A DNA stretch of 64,000 nt from the NCBI GenBank assembly GCA_977016875.1, contig CDRNST010000080.1, positions 496,001 through 560,000 of the forward strand. Reading direction: 5' to 3'. This stretch comes from Pavona decussata. Its lineage: Eukaryota. Below the pieces are notes generated by a model that saw only the letters and a program-made list of their open reading frames with translations, was not told where the DNA came from and did no database searches. Below, piece after piece: positions 1 to 11,466 of this stretch. The position numbers and the translations under genes were made by a program. Numbering within the stretch: the first letter of the stretch is position 1; each line of letters starts with the position of its first letter.

Positions 1-101
1 CAATTCAGTTGTTTTTTACATTTAGTGAAGAAATGTTTTGATGACTTTTTTAAGTATTCCATAAATGTTAGCTTTTTAAACTTTCTGGAATCTTACTGTA
101 G

Positions 102-227
102 GTTGTGTGGACAATCCAAAATACGCCGACATTTGTCCATCTATTGCCGCATGCGGAAACTACTGCAATGCTAACAAAGTATGGGCAAAGAAAAATTGTC
201 AAAAATCGTGCAACATTTGCCCTACTG
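102..227 (+). CDS. ShKT domain exon 1 of gene 1 (phase 1-1)
   Basis: CVDNPKYADICPSIAACGNYCNANKVWAKKNCQKSCNIC: CxD...C...C...CxxSCxxC ShK pattern plus one extra Cys. Confidence 0.85.
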
Positions 228-3200
228 GTAGGTGTTAGACGTTGATTATATTTCTTGCAGGACAACGATTAATAAACTGCTTTATAACTCAAACTGCTTT
301 ATAACTCAAATTTATCAAGGCATTGACCCACAAACTAAAAACACAAATGTTGCAATTTAGTTTTGTACATTGCGCAAGCGATATTTCTTGAGATGCCTTG
401 TGTTTTGAAGTTTAGTCTTAAAACTTACAGCAATAATTTAATGATTGTTGCAAAGAGCTGTATTAACAGCTGTTATATTATGACAAGGTGTTTTTTATTT
501 TGAGTTTGTACTTATCTTTCTGAAACGTTTACTCTAGCTTGTGTAAACAATCCAAAATACGCTGACATTTGTCCATCTCTTGCTGCCTGCGGAAACTACT
601 GCAATGATAACAAAGCCTGGGCACAGAAAAACTGTCCAGAATCCTGTAAAATGTGTCCAAGTGGTAGGTTGTATTCTTTTTTCTTATGATTATGAAATAG
701 GTTGAGAAAAAAGACTTCATGAATTCTCCGAAAATTCGTCCAATACGAGGCCATTATAGGCTGAAGTTTAGTTGTTTCACTTAGCCGCTTGAGTAATAAA
801 TTTTTCCAAATTGTGCCGACGATCGAGTTCGTTGACATACGCCTAGTTAGTTTCATTCTGAAGAAAACTACTAATGAACATGGACCCAGGAAAACTGTGC
901 AATACACTGTAACACAAGTCCTTCGTTTCAGTGTATATACTTAATCATTTAAGGACGTTTTATTGGAGTTAAAACAAATACCTATAATACAAAGTTATTT
1001 ATCTGTCAAATTATCTTTTTGAAAACGAAAAGCAATCAATTAAAACTGCGCGGAGTTCTTGACCACATGGCTGCTGTCTTCAACGGACAATATGTAAAGA
1101 ACAAATCTAAATACAGTGACAAAATGAACACAAAGAGTGCTGATTTCAAGTAGCGGTCAATTAGATAGATCAATGTTATGATATAATATAAACTTGTTTG
1201 GTCAATAAAGGTCCAGCTCCTTCCTCTCCGGCACCTCCAACTCCGCCACCCTCTCAGGTACCTTCAACTCCGCCACCCTCTCCGGCACCTCAAACTCCAG
1301 CGCCCAGGTCATGTGGCAAGTCCCCAGTGACACGTGTTATTGGAGGAGTGGATGCAAAGCCAGGAAATTGGCCTTGGCAGGTGAGGCAAAATGTTTCAAA
1401 TCTTAAACACATTTTTGACCTGAGGCAAACTAAGCCTTTTTGATCATTGCGTTTCAACCAGTCTTGTTTAATTTGTTTCAGTTTACAATTTTACCTGATT
1501 TCAAGTTTCGTCCTACATGTAGCAACAATTAAGTAATTAACCGCTTTCTGCAACAGATTTTCAGATTCGTTACTCGTGACGTATGTTGTTTGTCCAGTAA
1601 AACAACCCGGCATTGCTATAGGATTCGGATATGTTTAACGTTGACAAGAGAGATGACCAACCTTTGTCACGATAGTATCCTAAAATTGGCTCCAGTTAGA
1701 ATGACATCACAGATTGTACTGCAGCCAAGTATTACTGCAGGCAAATAAAGTCGCAAATCTTTATCATGAGTTCCTAACATTAACATGTTAAATTTGGTTG
1801 TCACTCTTGCTAGATCGCTCTTCTTCGCGGAAGCTCCAAGTCGTTTAGTTGCGGTGGATCTCTGATCGCTTCTGATTGGGTTGTCACAGCAGCGCATTGT
1901 ATCTCGACAACGTAAGTAAATGTGGAGGGGTGGCTGTTGTTCTTTCTCTGGTAAGTCAACGAAATTTAAAAAAAAACTTTGGTTAAATCAATAACATGAA
2001 TTGCGTTCAAGTAAACTTTTAACGACGTTTTACTGCCAACAATAAAAGCAACGCGGCTGAGCGAATTACGTGAAAACATGAGGATATGACATGTGCATGC
2101 GCTGTAATTAAGACAATTGTTTAAATACTTAGACAGCAAATTATATAAAAAGTGAAACAATTAAACCATTAACAGTCGATAAACTAAGACATTCTTTTCC
2201 CGCCAACAGATAAAGTCCTTATTTGCAAGGATTTTTTAAAAGATCTAACGGTAAAAAATCCGAACGACGACTAGGCCGCCGGTTGTGAGCCAAAAATGTC
2301 ACGTTTACAAATTTGAATGTGACCTGTGCGATGCGGGTTATGTTGGTTTTACTATCTCGCTGGCACTTATATGCGTGCATCGAGGAACATAAAAACCCTT
2401 CTTCCTACGTTGGCAAACATTTTCGGGACAAGCACTATGGGGTTCCATGGGATCTGAGCAGGAATTTTACTAATTCAAAAAAAAAGTGCAAAAACAAGTT
2501 TGACTGTCTTGTGTACGAGATGTTTTTTTTTATTTACGACGATCAAGTCTCAATAAGCTATCAGACTCAATTCGTGCAAAAGTTTTTAATTAATTAAATC
2601 TCTTGCATGCCTTTTATCACTCTTTTCTAAAAAAAAATTGACATACTTTTTACATATTTTAGACTCTTACGTCATTGGCACTCTTTTTCTCTCTATTTAT
2701 TATATATGTTAATTTTTATACCACACATTGAACTTGATAGTGACCGAAGAGCCATCAAAATGTCGTTCGGATTTGTTAACCGTTATTTTTTACCAACAGT
2801 TAAAGTTCAGGTCCCAGTTGTTCAAAGGCCGGACAACTTTATCCGGTGGATAAGGCGCTATTCAGGGTCTGAAATTTACTTCACGTTAAACGTTGTCCAA
2901 GGTTTTCGTACTCTCCCAAACTTAACAGAAGTTAGAGTGTGCATATTCGCTTTTACAAGGGGAAATACTGAAATCTTTGCACAGATTGAGAGTGTCGGAT
3001 AGTGACTTATCCACAGGATAAAGTTATCCGGCCTTTGAACAACTGGAGCCAGGCTATTATTTGTATTTTTTCCACAGGACAGCCAGTTTTTACACCATCC
3101 GCCTGGGTGATCATAACCGTTTGGTTTCCGAAGGAACTGAGCAAGATATAAAAGCCAAGCGAGTGATAAAACACCCCCAGTATTCATCGAGAACGATTGA

Positions 3201-6200
3201 CAAAGACATCGCTTTGATTCAGCTGTCGAGGCCGGCTACTCTGAACGCTCGAGTTGGAACTGTGTGTCTACCAACCCAAGATGAAATGGTTCCGACCTCG
3301 TCCAAATGCTACATTACGGGTGAGTTATTTAGAGTCTAGGTTCTCTTGGGAAGCGATGCAACTGTTTTGTTCTTTAGTTCTCACCTTGTTAACTAAACAA
3401 ATGAAAATTGAATCGGCCGTGAAAGAAGATGCAATTTAATTTTGAGCGGGCATTTGAAAACTCTGAAACATTCTTTATAAAATGGTACCAACCAAAAACA
3501 AGTTATAGAGAAGACGGAATATAGAATCTCCTGTTGATGGCCCAGTTTAGGACAGGGCTCACTCAACCGCTTACCATGTTAGTGTACAGTTTCTCGGTTC
3601 TGAAAACTGAAGAAATTGCATGCTTGGTCTTACAACACAGAAGTTTACTTTTTGATTGCACAGTCGAAGCTCTCGTAAGCGACCACCTCGGGAATTGGAA
3701 AAACTGGCCGTAATAGAAAGGTCGCCTGCGAGAATGTAGTCTCGTAAGCGACCAAAAGCTGAAACAATAGAACGGCTGGTCACTTACCAAAGCTTTTAGC
3801 ACAAAGCTTTCTATGATAGCCTCGGTCTCAGGGTTACACTCTTGATCCAGCTGTAAATCATGTTGAATTTTAAATTCGAGATCTTAATCTACAAACATTA
3901 TTAGGCAGTGCAATATAACTGTAAATGTGATCAAGAAAGAGTTGCCGTGATACGTATCAGAATCTTTGAGTGGTCGCTTACAAGAGCTTTGATTACAGAG
4001 TTTAAGTCACTTAACGAAAACACAAGTTAATAATAACCAAAAGTGGTCGCGGTCGCTTACGAGAGCTTTTGATTACAGAGTTTAAGTCACTTAACGGACA
4101 ATTCAAACGGAGTTTCACAATGGTGGTCGTAACTAGAGCTGGTCGCTTACGAAAGTGGTCGCAAGGAGAGCTTCGACTGTAATTACCTCTTTACCTGGGT
4201 GTATCCACTTGGACTCGTCGACGAGAGGACTAGTGGTCGACACTTTAGCGTTTGTTTCGTGTTTTGACAAATCTATTTTATTAACTCGGTTGATAAAGAC
4301 AGATATTGTTTTCTGGCCTTCCCACTGACGAAGTCATGTTTGCGCATCAGAGAGAAAATTAAGCGAACAGGAATCCTCGCATTTCTGATAGCAGTTGCAA
4401 TGGAATAAATATTTACGCAACTCGCCAACTCACTTCTCAGTGTAGTTTCTTCATTTCAATTTAGGATGGGGCAAGATAAAACACCCAGGATCTTCCCACA
4501 GCATTCTTCAACAAGCTCAAATGCCACCGGTCACCAACAGCGAATGTGCAAGAAAACTAGCAGCATCACCAGGTACGCGGTTACATTAATTTTTGTTTTG
4601 GTTAGTTAACATTCATTTCTAAGCGGTTTTCATCACAGTGGCTTTACATATACATCGCATGGTAGCACAAACTAAATCTTGAAAACAACATAAGCCTTTC
4701 TTAAAGAGCTCACCGGAAAATCCACTTTAAAAAAAAAATTCACTTTTAATTCCGACCTTTCAGCTCTTGGCATTTAAGGAAGCCTTATTCTATAAGCCTT
4801 ATGGTTTCTCCTAAGGCTTACTCACCACCTTCTCTGTTATATATATTTTTGTACTCTTATTTTGCTTTTTATAACGTGTGTGGCGAAATAAACAAACAAA
4901 CTTATCACGTCCTGCCTTAATTGCGGTTGGATCGTCTCGGTTAATGTCCGAGACATTCTGCATCACATTTAGTTAACCCAATCTATTGTCTTTAATAGGA
5001 GGATCGTCTCTTAAGATCACCCCGTACATGCTGTGCGCTGGTGTTAGTGGCACTATTCTCAGTGGTTGCCATGGAGACAGTGGTGGCCCTTACGTCTGCC
5101 AGGGTGCTAACGGCAATTGGGTTCTCCAGGGTGACGTCAGCTGGGGTTCCCCGAGGTGCTCTGCTACTGAGCGATACACTGTGTTTGGACGGGTTGCTAA
5201 GTTCAGGAACTGGATTGACCAGACAATGTGTAAAATGTGTCCAACTGGTAGGTTGTATTCTTGTTTCTTATGATTATGAAATTGAGAAAATTATGAAGTT
5301 GAGAAAAAAGACTTCATGAAGTCTCCGAAAAAATCGTCCAATACGAGGCCATTATATGCTAAAGTTTAGTTGTTGCACTTGGCCGCCTGAGTAATTTTCC
5401 AAATTGTGCGGACGATCGAGAGTTCGTTGACATACGCCCAGTTAGTTTCATTCTGAAGGAAACTACTATACGGAATTATGAACATAGGCCCAGGAAAACT
5501 GTGCAATGTACTGCAACACAAGTCTCGTTTTAGTGTATACGCTTAATCGTTTAACGTTGTTTCGTTGGAGTTAGAGAAATACCCATAATACGAAGTTATT
5601 CATCTCTCAAATTCTCTTTTTAAAAACAAAAAGCAATCATTAGAAAGTTCGAGCTCTCGACCACATTGCTGTTGTCTTCTACGGACAACATGTAAAAAAC
5701 AAATCTAAATACAGTGACAAAACAAACATAAAGAGAGCTGATTTTAAGTAGCGTTCAATTCGATAGATCACTGTCATGATATAACATAAACTTGTTTGGT
5801 CAACAAAGGTCCAGCTCCTTCCTCTCCGGCACCTCCAACTCCGCCACCCTCTCCGGCACCTCCAACTCCAGCGCCCGGGTCATGTGGCAGGTCCCCAGTG
5901 ACACGTGTTATTGGAGGAGTGGATGCAAAGCCAGGAAATTGGCCTTGGCAGGTGAGGCGAAATGCTTAACATATTTTTGACCTGAGGCGAACTAAGTCTT
6001 TTGAGCATTGCATTTCAAACAGTCTCGTTTAATTTGTTTCAGTTTAAAAAACTCGTTTTCTATACAATTTTACCTGATTTCAAGTTTCGTTCTAGAGGTA
6101 CCAACAATTACTGAGGATTTTTTTTAGCAAGATTTTCAGATTGGTGACTCGTGACGTATTGGTTTGTCAAGTCAAACAACCCAGCATTGCTATTGCATTC

Positions 6201-9200
6201 GGATATGTTTAAAATTGCAGGCTAGATGACCAACCTTGGTCACGATAGTATCCTAAAATTGGCTCCAGTTAGAATGACATTACAGATTGTACAAAGCCTG
6301 CAGGCAAATAAAGTCACAGGTATTTACCATGAGTTCTTAACATTAATATGTTAAATTTGGTTGTCACTCTTGCTAGATCGCTCTTCTTCGGGGAAGCTCC
6401 AAGTCGTTTAGTTGTGGTGGATCTCTGATCGCTCCTGATTGGGTTGTCACAGCAGCGCATTGCATCTCGACAACGTAAGTAAATGTGGAGGGGTGGCTGT
6501 TGTTCTTTCTCTGGGTAGTCAACCAAATAAAAAAAAAAACTTTTTAAATCAATAACATAAATTGCGTTCAAGTAAACTTTTAACCACGTTTTACTGCCAA
6601 CAATAAAAGCAACGCGTCTGATCGAATTACGTGAATACATGAGGATATGACACCTGTATGCGCTGTACTTAGGACAATTGTTTTAATACTTAGGCAGCAA
6701 ATTATATGAGTTTTTTTTTACATCTAACGGTAAAAAATCCGAACGATGACTAAGACGCCGGTTGTGGACCAAAAATGTCTTGTTTACAAATTTGAATGTC
6801 ACCTGTGTGATGTGGGTTATGTTGTTTTTACTCGCTGGCACTTATATCAGTGCATCCAGGAACATAAAAAACCCTTCTTCCTACGTTGGCAAACATTTTC
6901 GGGACAAGCACTATGGGGTTCCATGGGATCTGAGCAGGAATTTTACTGTTTCAAAAAAAACCTGCAAAAACAAGTTTGACTGTCTTGTGTACGAGATGTT
7001 TTTTTTTTATTAACGACGATCAAGTCTCGATAATCAATCAGACTCAATTCGTGCAAAAGTTTTTAATTCATTAAATCTCTTGCATGCCTTTTATCACTCT
7101 TTTCTTAAAAAAAATTGACATACTTTTTACATATTTTAGACTCTTATGTCATTGGCACTCTTTTTCTCTCTATTTATTTTATATGTTAATTTTTATACCA
7201 CACATTGAACTTGATAGTGACCGAAGAGCCATCAAAATGTCGTTCGGATTTTTTAACCGTTATTTTTTACCAACAGATAAAGTTCAGGCTATTATTTGTA
7301 TTTTTTCCACAGGACAGCCAGTTTTTACACCATCCGCCTGGGTGATCATAACCGTTTGGTTTCCGAAGGAACTGAGCAAGATATAAAAGCCAAGCGAGTG
7401 ATAAAACACCCCCAGTATTCATCGAGAACGATTGACAAAGACATCGCTTTGATTCAGCTGTCGAGGCCGGCTACTCTGAACGCTCGAGTTGGAACTGTGT
7501 GTCTGCCAACCCAAGATGAAATGGTTCCGACCTCGTCCAGATGCTACATTACGGGTGAGTTATTTAGAGTCTAGGTTCTCTTGGGAAGCGATGCAACTGT
7601 TTCGTTCTCTAGTTCTCACCTTGTTAACTAAACAAATGAAAATTTAATCGGCCGTGAAAGAAGATGCAATTAAATTTTGAGGGGGCGTTTGAAAACTCTG
7701 AAACATTCTTTATAAAATGATACCAACCAAAAACAAGTTATAGAGAAGACGGAATATAGAATCTCCTGTTGATGGCCCAATTAATATGCCAGTTTAGGAC
7801 AGGGCTCACTCAACCGCCTACCATGTTAGTGTACAGTTTCTCGGGTCTGAAAACTTAAGAAAATGCATGCTTGGTCTTACAACCTGAGTTGATAGGTGAA
7901 TTGGCCACAGACGTTTACTTTTCGATTAAACAGTCGAAGCTCTCGTAAGCGACCACCTCGGGAATTGAAAAAACCTGGTCGTACTAGAACTGGTCGCTTG
8001 CGAGAATGTAGTCCCGTAAGCGACCACCTCGGGAATTGAAAAAAACTGGTCGCACTATAACTGGTCGCTTGCGAGAATGTAGTCCCGTAAGCGATCAAAA
8101 GCTGAAACAATAGAAGCTGGTCACTTACCAGAGCTTTTAGCATAAAGCTTTCTATGATAGCCTCGGTTTCAGGGTAACACCCTTGATCCAGCTGTAAATC
8201 ATGTTGAATTTTAAATTCGAGATCTTAATCTACAAACATTATTAGGCAGCGCAATATTACTGTAAATGTGATCACGAGAGAGTTGCCGTAATACGTATCA
8301 GAATCTTTGAGTGATCCCTTACAAGAGCTTTTGATTACAGAGTTTAAGTCACGTAACGAAACAACAAGTTGGCAATAACCAAAAGTGGTCGTAGTTGCTT
8401 ACGAGAGCTTTTGAGTACAGAGTTTAAGTCACTTAACGGACAATTCAAACGGAGTTTCATAATGGTGGCTGATCGCTTACGAGAGTGGTAGCAAGCAGAG
8501 CTTTGACTGTAATTACCTGTTCGCCTGGGTGTATCCACTTGGACTCGTTAACGAGAGGACTAGTGCTCGACACTTTAGCGTTTGTTTCGTGTTTTGACAA
8601 ATTTATTTTATTAACTCAGTTGATAAAGACAGATATTGTTTTCTGGCCTTCCCACTGAGGAAGTCCTCATGTTTGCGCATCAGAGGTAATAATTAAGCGA
8701 ACAGGAATCCTCGCAACTCTGATAGCAGTCGCAATGGAATAAATATTTACGCAACACACCAAATTACTTCTCAGTGTAGTTTTTTCATTTCAATTTAGGA
8801 TGGGGCAAGATAAAACACCCAGGATCTTCCCACAGCATTCTTCAACAAGCCCAAATGCCACCGGTTACCAACAGTGAATGTGCAAGAAAACTAGCAGCAT
8901 CACCAGGTACGCGGTTACATTAATTGTTGTTTTGGTCCAGGTTAAGATTAATTTCTTAGCGGTTTTCATCACAGTGGCTTTACATTTACATCGCATGGTA
9001 GTACAAACTAAAGCTTGAAAACAACATAAGCCTGTCTTAAAGAGCTCACAGGAAAATCCACTTTAAAAAAAAAAATCACTTTTAATTCCGACCTTTCAGC
9101 TCTCGGCATTTGAGGAAGCCTTATTCTTTAAGTCCTATGGTTTCTCCTAAGGCTTACTCACCACCTTCTCTGTAATATATATTTTTGTACTCTTATTTTG

Positions 9201-9578
9201 CTTTTTATAACGTGTGTGGCGAAAAAAACAAACAAACAAACTTATCACGACCTGCTTTAATTGCAGTTGGATCGTCTCGGTTAATGTCCGAGACATTCTG
9301 CTATCACATTTAGTTAACCCAATTTATTGTCTTTAATAGGAGGATCCTCTCTTAAGATCACCCCGTACATGCTGTGCGCTGGTGTAAGTGGCACTATTCT
9401 TAGTGGTTGCCATGGAGACAGTGGTGGCCCTTACGTCTGCCAGGGTGCTAACGGTAATTGGGTTCTCCAGGGTGACGTCAGTTGGGGTTCCGCGAGGTGC
9501 TCTGCGGCTGAGCTATACACTGTTTTTGGACGGGTTGCTAAGTTCAGGAACTGGATTGACCAGACAATGAAATCTTGA
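102..9578 (+). CDS. Gene 1 (5'-incomplete): ShKT-ShKT-Pro-rich linker-S1 serine protease-Pro-rich linker-S1 serine protease (elastase/chymotrypsin-like pocket)
   Basis: Exons: 102-227 and 538-663 (ShKT), 1211-1380 (PPTP linker, CG..TR|VIGG), 1814-1911 (TAAHC), 3078-3319 (DIAL), 4465-4572, 4999-5247 ([10 protein letters not shown]), then the second copy 5809-5951, 6377-6474, 7313-7554, 8799-8906, 9340-9578 (stop TGA). All have canonical AG/GT with matching phases. AATAAA at 9610-9615. Confidence 0.85.
538..663 (+). CDS. ShKT domain exon 2 of gene 1 (phase 1-1)
   Basis: CVNNPKYADICPSLAACGNYCNDNKAWAQKNCPESCKMC; same 126-nt length as the first ShKT exon. Confidence 0.85.
2260..2800 (+). mobile_element. 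Penelope-like retroelement relic (frameshifted GIY-YIG endonuclease C-terminus and 3' end); second copy ~6730-7275
   Basis: Fragments YKFECDLCDAGYVG, HL..IEEHK, SSYVGKHFRDKH, KKCKNKFDCLVYEMFF, SDSIRAKVF, typical of PLE GIY-YIG domains. Confidence 0.7.
2811..3049. mobile_element. PIF/Harbinger-type MITE, present only in duplicate copy A
   Basis: ~34-bp imperfect TIRs (gtcccagttgttcaaaggccggacaactttatcc / ggataaagttatccggcctttgaacaactggagc), CAG TSD. Empty site agttcaggctatt at ~7281-7293 in copy B. Confidence 0.85.
3661..4179. mobile_element. pogo/Tc1-like MITE (copy A)
   Basis: TIRs cagtcgaagctctcgtaagcgaccac / gtggtcgcaaggagagcttcgactg followed by TA; internal gtaagcgacc/ggtcgcttac subrepeats. 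Confidence 0.75.
7931..8509. mobile_element. pogo/Tc1-like MITE (copy B, with an extra internal subrepeat)
   Basis: Same position and TIRs as 3661-4179. Confidence 0.75.
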
Positions 9579-11466
9579 AGTTTTTGTAAAATAAGTTGTT
9601 AAAGCGTGAAATAAAGGAAATTTGAGGCACTGAAATGTTGTTGTTGTTTTCCTAATTTAAGATAAAGATATCCCAGTGCGTTAAGTTAGGATTTGAATTC
9701 TTACTGCCGTTAGTTATTAGCCTTGTCTACAATAAGCTTTCTACAGCTCGTATCAAGAAAAACGGCTCAAATTCGCGAACAATAGGTATTTTTATAGTTG
9801 ACCGTGTACGATTTGGGCTAAAACAAAGACTTTTAACGCTTTGAGGGACATTCAAAATTTTTTTTACTATTCAGGCGGTAGATTTGATATCTTCGTCGAG
9901 ACCGAAGTAAGGAGCAATTTGCACCCTGGGGGAGGGACAGAGTTTAATAATTGGCACGACGAGGCATACTCCAGCTGAGTTGATCGGATAACAATGCAGA
10001 AAATTAATAAAATCATTCAATTGATCATTGCTTCAATAATCGCACTAGTTTAGTTCTCATGGTTTTTAAATGAGCTTCGTTCTGCGTGAGCAAATGTCTT
10101 GCTTGCGACGCACACTCTGACCGAGTTAATTGGATATCAGCAAAGCACTTTATCCATTACTTCAACTATTGCACTGGCCGAGTTCTCGCGCTTGTAACGC
10201 GCTTCATTTTCAGAGAAATTTGTTCAAATCCCGCACCACAGAAATAATTGTTACGTAAATAAATTGTTCTCTTTATTCGTTTCTCAGGTGTGGGTGAAAG
10301 TGTGTCTGCACGGTAAATGGAAGCTAAAATGAAACTAGCGAAGCGCTTAACTTCTTTCTACAACCGCTTTGGTTATAATTTTTGTGATTTATTAGACTTT
10401 AGACCTTGCTCTCCGAACTGTTCAACGAAAGCGCTGTTCGTAGCATCAATACGACGTATTTGCAATCTGAGAATTTCATTCGTATGTAATTTTTCCTTCT
10501 TCTCTTTCTCACGATGAAATTCTGCATTTTTGCATTGATTTTCATAGTCGTTCTACTTTGTCACCACGGTCAGATCTGAATCTGTCCACGGAAATGATTG
10601 AAAAACTGAACAATTTCCACTCCAGAAGGTGATTGTGTATATCAAATTTCCACTAAATGTTTGGTTTTTCTTTTACACAACGACTCCTAAAGGACCATTT
10701 TAATCGAAACCAAGAAAGCCGATTCCGATAGAAAGTCCTCACAGTCTTTGGGATTATTGAACAACAACATAAAAAATTATCTAACTGGAAATTCAAATAT
10801 CAGTATTCCAGCTGAAATATTTTCAGAAGCTGCTCAAACATTTATCTGTTTCTTTCCATCATACAATGGGCATTAAATGGGCTATTTGGCAAGATCAAAG
10901 TCATGCGCTAGCTAAATATGATAATATTTATTCACTATTGTAACAATGTTACGTTGAGAATTAAGTAAAATGTGGAAGAAAACGAGATAAAAAACGAACG
11001 GGAACATAGTTACCCTTGAAATGCCAAGCTTTCCGGTGAACTAATTAGTTTTCTATCTCGACTCATTTTCGACAGACATCCAATGAAATTTACTATCGAT
11101 TACACGCCTGCAGTTTTGTTTTCTTTTTAAGTTTTTAGGATAAAAACGATAAAAATATTGCTTATTTTCTTTATTGACTTCACGATCAGGATATCTTTTC
11201 CTGTAATGTTTATTTACGTAAAAACGCCAAAGCAAATTGGTTTGGAGAGGAATAATCGGCATCGGTCAAGAGAAAACAGTAAGTAAACAGCATGTACCTT
11301 TACGATGTGCTTAGCTGCCTCTTCTATTTAGACACCCATGCACTTAACAAGAGCGTTTTATTTTTGCAGCAGTGTTTGAGAATGAAACAAACTTCTATTC
11401 AATAATCTTTATAAGAACCCTGCGCTGAATGGAAGGCAGTTATTACTTCTGGTTAACTGTTATACC

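Larger units (their letters stand above)
645..9569 (+). repeat. Direct tandem duplication: copy A 645-5228, copy B 5229-9569
   Basis: Exons and introns align end to end. The junction at 5228/5229 joins ...CAGACAATG (protease end) to TGTAAAATGTGTCCA (last part of ShKT exon 2). Confidence 0.95.

Noticed and set aside
2730-2770. Hammerhead ribozyme at the 3' end of the Penelope relic
   Set aside because: Position fits, but the core is too degenerate (no CTGANGA or GAAAC).
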